Assembly: GCA_030592015.1 (NCBI GenBank)
Contig: JAUUZY010000004.1
Location: 6,905 to 70,904, forward strand
DNA from: Candidatus Peregrinibacteria bacterium
GTDB lineage: Bacteria; Patescibacteriota; Gracilibacteria; UBA1369; LOWO2-01-FULL-3
DNA length: 64,000 nt
Reading direction: 5' to 3'
Below are positions 57,477-64,000 of the stretch, piece after piece. Both the position numbers and the translations under genes were made by a program. Under the pieces are notes generated by a model. It searched no databases. It saw nothing but the letters and a program-made list of their open reading frames with translations, and was not told the DNA's origin. The first letter of the stretch is position 1. Each line of letters opens with the position of its first letter.

Positions 57477-59024
57477 TTATTTAACTTTTATCTCATCAAA
57501 ATAAATCAAACCATCAATCCTAGGTTGAATATCAATTGAATTAACGAAACTATACACAGTTTCGAATTCAAAAAGCGGAACTCCAATAACATCATCTTCG
57601 ATAAGAATACTCATCGCATTCTGCAAACTAATAAGCCTTGATTCAATATTCATATCAATAGTACTTTTCTTAATTATTTCATCAATTTCTGAATTGGAAT
57701 ATCCTCCAAGGTTGAATTTCGCATTACTAGCAGCAACAGCATTCAAAAATTCCGAAGAATCACCAAGTCCGGACTTAAACGCTAAAAAGTAAATATCTGC
57801 AGTTCTAGCCTCAAAACTTTCAATAAGAGAATCAGCATCAAGATAAGAAACCTTCATCCTAATACCAACTTCCCTTAACTGAGTCTTTACATGCTCACCA
57901 AGCACATCTAGCCCCTCCGGCAAATGAAAGTTGAGAATTTCATCCCCTGATTCAACCCCAAGGACAATTTCCTTAGCCAAGTCTAAGTCAAAAACATGTT
58001 TCGGAATATCAACGTTAAAACCAAAAACTCCAGTACTTATAAACTGGTTAATAGGTTTCACAAGCTCACCAAGAGACATGACCAAGGACTCTTGATCAAT
58101 AACCAAAGAAACAAGAGTTCTCATCTCTACATCCGATAAAATCTCGGAATTCATATTAAACAACAAGAATTGAACCTCAAGACTTGGTATAGACCTAATC
58201 TCAAAATCATCATTTTGTCTCATAAATTCAAGTGAATCTTGAGGAACAAAAGCAAGAAAGTCAGCTTCACCTCTAAGCAAAGTTGTAACTCTCTCAGCCG
58301 TATTAGTTTTTGTAAGTAATTCAACAGATTCAAAAACTGAAAGCTGTCCCCAGTGATCATCAAATCGATCAATTAACAAACTTTCACCAACAGTCCACTC
58401 AACAAATTCATAAGAACCGGTACCTATAGGTTCAGGCAAGTCCTTCATTTCATATTCAGCAGGAATAATCTGCAACATGGATAGCTTCTGTAACAACAAA
58501 GGGTCAGGTTCATGCGTCATGATCCTAATATTATAAGGAGTAATGACTTCAATATCTTTTATAGAATCATAAAAATCGCGTAACTGAGAATCAGGATAAT
58601 TTTTTGCTCTCGCAAAACTAGCCAAAACATCATCCGCATCAAAAGTACTACCATCATGAAATACAACCCCCTCCCTAAGCCTCATATCCCATGTAAGATC
58701 ATCGATAAGCCCCCAAGATTTAGCCAAAAACGGAATAGGATTCAAATCTCTATCACATTTAGTTAAAGACTCATAAATATTCACAGTTCTTTGACGAGTT
58801 GCAGGATCAACAATTGTAGGCTCTAAAGAAGCAGGCTCATCTGGAAAAATAATTCTAAGATCGGTAACAGTTTCATATTCCACTTCCTCACCATCAAAAA
58901 TTCTTTCCACCAGCGAATTAACAAAAGTATCTGTTTGCTCTTTGTAAAAAAGCTGTCCTGCCACCCAAGCAAAACCAAGCAAAAATGCCAGGTAAAACAG
59001 TCCTTTGAACAAGTTATTTAACAC
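57477..59024 (-). CDS. solute-binding protein family 5, membrane-anchored
   Basis: An N-terminal TM and SBP_bac_5-like core (LREGVVFHDGSTFDADDV). It ends 1 nt before the PP2C sensor gene starts. Confidence 0.7.
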   Translation of the reverse strand: MLNNLFKGLFYLAFLLGFAWVAGQLFYKEQTDTFVNSLVERIFDGEEVEYETVTDLRIIFPDEPASLEPTIVDPATRQRTVNIYESLTKCDRDLNPIPFLAKSWGLIDDLTWDMRLREGVVFHDGSTFDADDVLASFARAKNYPDSQLRDFYDSIKDIEVITPYNIRIMTHEPDPLLLQKLSMLQIIPAEYEMKDLPEPIGTGSYEFVEWTVGESLLIDRFDDHWGQLSVFESVELLTKTNTAERVTTLLRGEADFLAFVPQDSLEFMRQNDDFEIRSIPSLEVQFLLFNMNSEILSDVEMRTLVSLVIDQESLVMSLGELVKPINQFISTGVFGFNVDIPKHVFDLDLAKEIVLGVESGDEILNFHLPEGLDVLGEHVKTQLREVGIRMKVSYLDADSLIESFEARTADIYFLAFKSGLGDSSEFLNAVAASNAKFNLGGYSNSEIDEIIKKSTIDMNIESRLISLQNAMSILIEDDVIGVPLFEFETVYSFVNSIDIQPRIDGLIYFDEIKVK

Positions 59025-59082
59025 AATATTAAGATTAATAAAATCCCTCTATTATAGCAAAAAATAGCCATTTTAACAACGA

Positions 59083-60363
59083 CTAAAGCTTACTCAAGAT
59101 ATCCTTCACACTAGTCTCCAAAATCGAATCCCCTATCTTCTGTGCCAAACTAAGCATCTTTTTGTATGTAGATAAGTATTTTTTAGCATCAGCAAGGGTT
59201 TTTACGCCAGAAGTCTTAGCCGCCAAGGCATTGTATTTCTTCATATAACAGGCCTTTTTCATATTATCATCACCTAAAGCTGTAAAAACCTTAAGAGCCT
59301 GATCTATCTTGTCCCTTTTATAATAATGAACACCCTCGTTATATTTAATCGATTTCTCCAATTCAGCATCATCTGATTTATCAGCATAAAAAAGAGCCTT
59401 TGAGAAGTTGTTAACCTCCATATAATAAACAGCAGCGGATTTATAAGCAGTATTCAAAAGCTGCCTATCTTTTAGTTTTGAAAGGTAAAAAATCGCAGAA
59501 CTAAAATTCTTGGAATTTATGGCAGAAATACCCAGATTCCTATAGGCAATATTAAGGTTTTTCGTAACAAGCTCACGCAAACTACTAATAGCATAAGCCA
59601 ATTGAGAACTTTTTAGCAGTGCCCTTTCAGAAATTTTCTGAACGTCCTCACGAAAATCAGTCAAATCCAGTAAATTCGTAGAAATAATCTCAGTCACAGG
59701 CAAAATATGATCATAGTCCATATATTTCTCAAATTTTGCATTCGTCGCCTCTATATCTATCCCCTTAAAATGAAGACAAACATGTTCCGGTAGCAACTTT
59801 ATATTCAAATCTTCAAGATTAAACTTTTTGGAATATAAATAAATATAAAGTGTCACAATTTGGTTACAATCCCCCTCCATCTTCAACTTGCTCGGATCTC
59901 GCAAAAGTTTGCCAAAACTGGCAGTCTTTATATAGTGATAATATTTTCCTGGAACAAGAAAAGACATAATCCCAAATAAAAATCGGATTTTCTCAGCATC
60001 TTTATGAGGAAAAGAAAGGCCTTTCGCCTCCAACAACACCCTAATCTCTTTATCAGAAACAGGATCAAGAGCAACATGCTCCTCCAACTTTTTTTCAATC
60101 AATTTTATATCTTCATACATCTTTCTACGAACTTTCTTACTCAAATACTTATACCCCTTAAACTTCCTTTCCATCCAAACATTAACAATAATCAAATCCT
60201 CCTTCATTAGCTTGAGAAGACCCTTTTCAATAGAAGAAAGCCTATCAGTAGATTTCACATGTCTGAAAAACTTATCAACCTTTCTCTCAAAAGAATTAAC
60301 ATAGGGGGAAAACAGACCGAAAAACCACTTTAAAAATCTAAGCATAATGAAACTTATTTCCAT
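59083..60363 (-). CDS. hypothetical protein, possible transglutaminase-like core plus TPR-like helical repeats
   Basis: EGDCNQIVTLYIYLY...EHVCLHF..IDIEATN gives Cys, His and Asp in the order and spacing of a transglutaminase fold. The C-terminal half is helical and repeat-like (AIFYL, AAVYY, ALFYA). The call is weak and motif-based only. Confidence 0.35.
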   Translation of the reverse strand: MEISFIMLRFLKWFFGLFSPYVNSFERKVDKFFRHVKSTDRLSSIEKGLLKLMKEDLIIVNVWMERKFKGYKYLSKKVRRKMYEDIKLIEKKLEEHVALDPVSDKEIRVLLEAKGLSFPHKDAEKIRFLFGIMSFLVPGKYYHYIKTASFGKLLRDPSKLKMEGDCNQIVTLYIYLYSKKFNLEDLNIKLLPEHVCLHFKGIDIEATNAKFEKYMDYDHILPVTEIISTNLLDLTDFREDVQKISERALLKSSQLAYAISSLRELVTKNLNIAYRNLGISAINSKNFSSAIFYLSKLKDRQLLNTAYKSAAVYYMEVNNFSKALFYADKSDDAELEKSIKYNEGVHYYKRDKIDQALKVFTALGDDNMKKACYMKKYNALAAKTSGVKTLADAKKYLSTYKKMLSLAQKIGDSILETSVKDILSKL

Positions 60364-60403
60364 TAATTATAGCACAAAAAAGCGCTTAACAAAAAGAAAA
60401 AAC

Positions 60404-62218
60404 CTACTTATCCTTTCTAAGTACAGCTAAAAATGCTTCCTGAGGCATTTCAACCTTCCCCATCATCTTCATACGTTTTTTCCCTTTTTTCTGTTTCTGC
60501 AAAACTTTTCTCTTTCTACTAATATCACCACCATACAAACCAGCCGTTACATCCTTTCTATAAGCAGATATTGTTTCCCTGGCCAAAACCTTAGCTCCAA
60601 CAGCAGCCTGTATAGGAATAGGAAATTGAGCACGCGGAATAAGTTTCTTAAGACTCTTTGTTATACCGCTTCCCACATAAAAAGCATTATCTCTATGAAC
60701 AATCAAAGACAAAGCATCAACAGCCTCCCCCGCCACCAAAATATCCAACTTAACCAAATCTTCCACACGATAATCAAGATATTCATAATTCATTGAAGCA
60801 TAGCCACTTGTGACGCTCTTTAGCTGGTCGTAAAAATCTACAACAATAGAGGCCAAAGGTAATTCAAAGGTCATAAGCACTCTATTTACATCCAAATATT
60901 GCATATCCTTTGAAACTCCACGCTTTTCAGAACATAAAGTCATAACGGACCCCACATATTCCTTTGGAACCAATATTTCAACCTTTACCCAAGGTTCTTT
61001 TATAGCAGAAATAAGTACTCTATCGGGCAATTCAGCAGGGCTTGAAATCAACTTTTCCTCACCATCATTCATCTCAATTATATAAGAAACAGACGGAGCA
61101 GTAACAATCAAATTCATGTCATATTCTCTTTCCAAACGTTCCTGCACAATTTCCATATGCAATAGACCTAAAAATCCACATCTAAAACCATGACCCAAGG
61201 CACCTGAATGTTCAGGCACAAAAGACAAGGCACTATCATTAATTTGTAGCTTATCCAGGGCATCTCTAAGCAAAGAATAATCATCCGCATCTGTAGAAAA
61301 AACACCTGCAAACACAAATGGTTTCACAACATTATACCCTTCAAGAACCTTCGCATCATCAAATTCAACTTTTGTAGAACCAGATTGCCACAAAGTATCC
61401 CCTACCCTAGCCTCTCTCACACTTTTTAGCCCCGTAACAACATATCCAACCTCTCCAGCATGCAAAACATCCGCAGGCGTGTATTTTGGCTTAAAATAAC
61501 CAACCTCCAAGACATCAATCTGTTTTTTTGTATTCAAAAAATAAAGCTTATCACCTTTTTTCACTGTACCTGACTTCACACTAACATAAGTCACAACCCC
61601 TTTATAAGAGTCATAAACAGAATCAAAAATCAAAGCCTTAAACTCACCATCATCAGTAGCCGACGGGGGCGGAACCATTTCAATCACCTTTGCCAGAACT
61701 TTCTCTACATTAGTCCCCTCTTTGGCAGACACAGCAATAATGTCCTCCTTTTTCACCCCAAGTGCATCCACAAGCTCTTTAGCCCTTCCTTCCACATCCG
61801 CAGAAGGTAAATCAATTTTATTCAAAACAGGAATAATCTCCAAGTCATGATCCAGTGCAAGATAACAATTTGCTAAAGTTTGAGCCTCAATCCCCTGAGT
61901 AGCATCAACAACCAATATCGCTCCTTCGCAAGCAGCTAAACTTCGAGAAACTTCATAACTAAAATCCACATGCCCAGGAGTATCAATAAGATTCAAAATA
62001 TAATCTTTCCCCTCATAGTTCCAATCCATCCGTACAGGCTGCAATTTTATGGTAATCCCCCTTTCCTGTTCTATATCCATAGTATCCAAAAGCTGCCCAT
62101 GCTTCATATCTCGCTTAGCAACAGTCGAGGTCAGCTCCAAAAATCGATCAGCAAGCGTAGACTTTCCATGATCAATATGGGCTATAATACAAAAATTTCT
62201 AATATTCCTTTTTTTCAT
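60404..62218 (-). CDS. lepA: translation elongation factor 4 (LepA)
   Basis: IRNFCIIAHIDHGKSTLADR, DTPGHVDF, NKIDLP and the LepA-specific C-terminal domain. Confidence 0.95.
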   Translation of the reverse strand: MKKRNIRNFCIIAHIDHGKSTLADRFLELTSTVAKRDMKHGQLLDTMDIEQERGITIKLQPVRMDWNYEGKDYILNLIDTPGHVDFSYEVSRSLAACEGAILVVDATQGIEAQTLANCYLALDHDLEIIPVLNKIDLPSADVEGRAKELVDALGVKKEDIIAVSAKEGTNVEKVLAKVIEMVPPPSATDDGEFKALIFDSVYDSYKGVVTYVSVKSGTVKKGDKLYFLNTKKQIDVLEVGYFKPKYTPADVLHAGEVGYVVTGLKSVREARVGDTLWQSGSTKVEFDDAKVLEGYNVVKPFVFAGVFSTDADDYSLLRDALDKLQINDSALSFVPEHSGALGHGFRCGFLGLLHMEIVQERLEREYDMNLIVTAPSVSYIIEMNDGEEKLISSPAELPDRVLISAIKEPWVKVEILVPKEYVGSVMTLCSEKRGVSKDMQYLDVNRVLMTFELPLASIVVDFYDQLKSVTSGYASMNYEYLDYRVEDLVKLDILVAGEAVDALSLIVHRDNAFYVGSGITKSLKKLIPRAQFPIPIQAAVGAKVLARETISAYRKDVTAGLYGGDISRKRKVLQKQKKGKKRMKMMGKVEMPQEAFLAVLRKDK

Positions 62219-62301
62219 AACAAAACTTTAAATCCAATAGAGCTTATTACAAATCAGAGTAATAAACAAACCAAACTGAGATAACTTTTGGCTTATGCCC
62301 A

Positions 62302-62330
62302 TTGATAAAACTAAGCTTTTATGGTAGAAT
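62302..62330 (+). promoter_or_regulatory. candidate sigma70-type promoter (extended -10) for the prgI-like operon
   Basis: TTGATA, a 17-nt spacer, then TGgTAGAAT, 25 nt upstream of the ATG at 62356. Confidence 0.35.
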
Positions 62331-62355
62331 TGCTAGATAAAATTAAAAAAAACAA

Positions 62356-62853
62356 ATGCAGTTCAAGGTACCACAAAACGTACAAAGAAAAGACACGATC
62401 ATAGGTCCCCTCACACTAAACCAATTAATAATCTTGGGAGTAGGTGGAGGACTAGCCTATGGCATCTATGTAGGGCTAATGAATGCCAATTATCTAGCAA
62501 AAGTATGGGTGCCACCTGTAGTTATAATTTCAGCCATAACTCTTGCATTCACATTCCTGACACCACTAAGCCTACCATTCCATAAATTCTTAATGAATTT
62601 CATGGAATATCACATTATCCCAAAAAAAAGAATTTGGATGCAAAGTACCGGGGCACCATTCATATCAACCCTAAACAAAAGAACAACAAAGAAAAAAGAG
62701 GAAAAAGTAGAAGACCCAAAGAAAAAACAAAAATCACTGGAAGAACTTACAGAAATACTGGACACACATGGTAAATCCGAGCTAAACAAAGAAGATAAAC
62801 ACGAAGCACTAAAAAGTATAATCAACGCAAACTACAAAAATAAACAAAAATAA
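62356..62853 (+). CDS. PrgI-family (VirB3-like) small membrane protein
   Basis: MQFKVPQNVQRKDTIIGPLTLNQLIILGVGGGLAYGIYV has the layout of PrgI/VirB3-like T4SS components (a conserved N-terminal motif and two TM helices). A Lys-rich tail follows. Confidence 0.5.
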   Translation: MQFKVPQNVQRKDTIIGPLTLNQLIILGVGGGLAYGIYVGLMNANYLAKVWVPPVVIISAITLAFTFLTPLSLPFHKFLMNFMEYHIIPKKRIWMQSTGAPFISTLNKRTTKKKEEKVEDPKKKQKSLEELTEILDTHGKSELNKEDKHEALKSIINANYKNKQK

Positions 62854-62855
62854 AT

Positions 62856-63605
62856 ATGGGACCATCTCAGTTCACAGCACCGGGTAAAAAGAAAAAAGAA
62901 GCAAACGCTGGAGCAAGCACACAAACACACCTCAGAATCGCTGAAATACGCGACAACACACTTATACTAAAAAATGGTGGAACACGTGCAATTCTAAAGG
63001 TAACCAGTCTAAATTTTAATCTAAAGTCTGAACAGGAACAAAATGCAATAATTTACGCATATCAAAGTTTTCTGAACTCCCTAGAATTTCCAATACAAAT
63101 CCTAGTACGCTCAAAAAAGCTAAATCTGGATAACTACATAGAACAAATGGAAACACTAGGAGAAAAACAAGAAAACAAGCTTCTACAAGAGCAAACTATT
63201 GAATATGCACAGTACATAAGAAGACTAATAGACTATGCAAACATCATGGAGAAAAATTTTTATGTGATAATACCTTATGACCCTCTAAGAGCCAAGAGCA
63301 AAAACATCGTACAGGCATTTTTCGAAAGACTATCACCAAAAGACAGTTACGGAGACATCAAAAAAAGACATGCAGAATTCAAAAACTTAAAAAAAGGATT
63401 AACTCAAAGAATACATACAGTAAAAGCGGGACTGGAAAACTGTGGACTGAAGGCAGAACCATTAGACACACAAGAAATCATAGAACTGTACTACAACTCA
63501 TATAATCCTCAAGTTTCCAGATCAGCGAAACTAAAAAACCTCAAAGGTATTACAATCGAGACAGACGAAGAAAAACTAGAAAAAGAGGAGAAATCTTCAA
63601 TGTAA
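62856..63605 (+). CDS. VirB4/TraC N-terminal-domain-like protein lacking the ATPase domain
   Basis: LRIAEIRDNTLILKNGGTRAILKVTSLNFNLKSEQEQNAIIYAYQSFLNSLEFPIQILV resembles the N-terminal domain of Gram-positive VirB4-type ATPases. The ORF stops after 249 aa with no Walker motifs. Confidence 0.5.
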   Translation: MGPSQFTAPGKKKKEANAGASTQTHLRIAEIRDNTLILKNGGTRAILKVTSLNFNLKSEQEQNAIIYAYQSFLNSLEFPIQILVRSKKLNLDNYIEQMETLGEKQENKLLQEQTIEYAQYIRRLIDYANIMEKNFYVIIPYDPLRAKSKNIVQAFFERLSPKDSYGDIKKRHAEFKNLKKGLTQRIHTVKAGLENCGLKAEPLDTQEIIELYYNSYNPQVSRSAKLKNLKGITIETDEEKLEKEEKSSM

Positions 63606-63640
63606 AAATAAAGCTTGAACCGTTTTGTATTAGAAACCAT

Positions 63641-63758
63641 TGTCTTGGCAGCGCCCTACTTTCCCACGGCAAACCGTAGTAACATCGGCGAAGATAGGCT
63701 TAACTACTGTATTCGAGATGGGAACAGGTGTACCCCTACCTCTATAACTACCAAGACA
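63641..63758 (-). rRNA. rrf: 5S ribosomal RNA
   Basis: The reverse complement TCTTGGTAGTTATAGAGGTAGGGGTACACCTGTTCCCATCTCGAATACAGTAGTTAAGCC...GGGAAAGTAGGGCGCTGCCAAGA aligns with bacterial 5S (CCGTTCCCAT..CGAAC...AGTTAAGC...GAGAGTAGG). The ends are accurate to within a few nt. Confidence 0.85.
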
Positions 63759-63817
63759 ATAGCTTCTAATACAATTTCTTTCACTAATCACTAGTCGAAG
63801 AAAAGGTTCTCTAAAAA

Positions 63818-64000
<183 letters not shown>

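Noticed and set aside
60366-60371. A TATAAT box 2 nt upstream of the 60363 ATG, considered as a firm leaderless-mRNA promoter call.
   Set aside because: The geometry would place the transcription start inside the ORF. TATAAT-like hexamers are frequent in this AT-rich DNA. I mention it only as a caveat on the start of that gene.

Overview
This is an AT-rich, very gene-dense chromosomal segment. Many genes overlap at ATGA or TAATG junctions, and several convergent 3' ends overlap. I call about 66 protein genes, three tRNAs with encoded CCA, a 5S rRNA and the 3' end of a 23S rRNA, both rRNAs on the minus strand. I found no transposase, integrase, CRISPR array or prophage gene. The gene content points to a small-genome, Patescibacteria/CPR-like bacterium using the standard genetic code; this is inference, since no 16S is present. 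Supporting content includes TrmB-type regulators, PrgI and VirB4-like fragments, membrane-anchored orphan solute-binding proteins, patchy biosynthesis and no Shine-Dalgarno motifs.

Recognisable content:
- A tightly coupled folate operon: folP, a QueD/PTPS-type gene in the folB position, folK, folE, pabA, pabB, pabC.
- Housekeeping genes: obg, pth, rplU, rluD, tyrS, recG, gatB, lepB, fmt, ssb, pgk, ruvX, rplI, secG, ileS, glyA, lepA.
- Pathway fragments: purE-purC-purB and purA, ribE-ribH, and a lone ilvC.

Most interesting findings:
1. A small exosortase/archaeosortase-like membrane protein sits beside a secreted beta-helix-type protein with a PEF + TM + basic C-terminal sorting signal. A second, 912-aa cargo with the same C-terminal module lies 45 kb away.
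2. A divergent Elp3 (radical-SAM/GNAT) and Trm9-like methyltransferase pair suggests an archaeo-eukaryotic type (m)cm5U34 tRNA modification module in a bacterium.
3. Scattered type IV secretion-like parts: a VirD4/HerA-like ATPase, and PrgI plus a VirB4 N-domain-only ORF that abuts the rRNA operon.
4. Cys/Gly-rich C-terminal tails on PurB and on an FmdB-type zinc-ribbon protein.
5. A solute-binding protein coupled to a HAMP-PP2C sensor phosphatase.

All calls come from reading the translations and sequence by eye. No database search was run.
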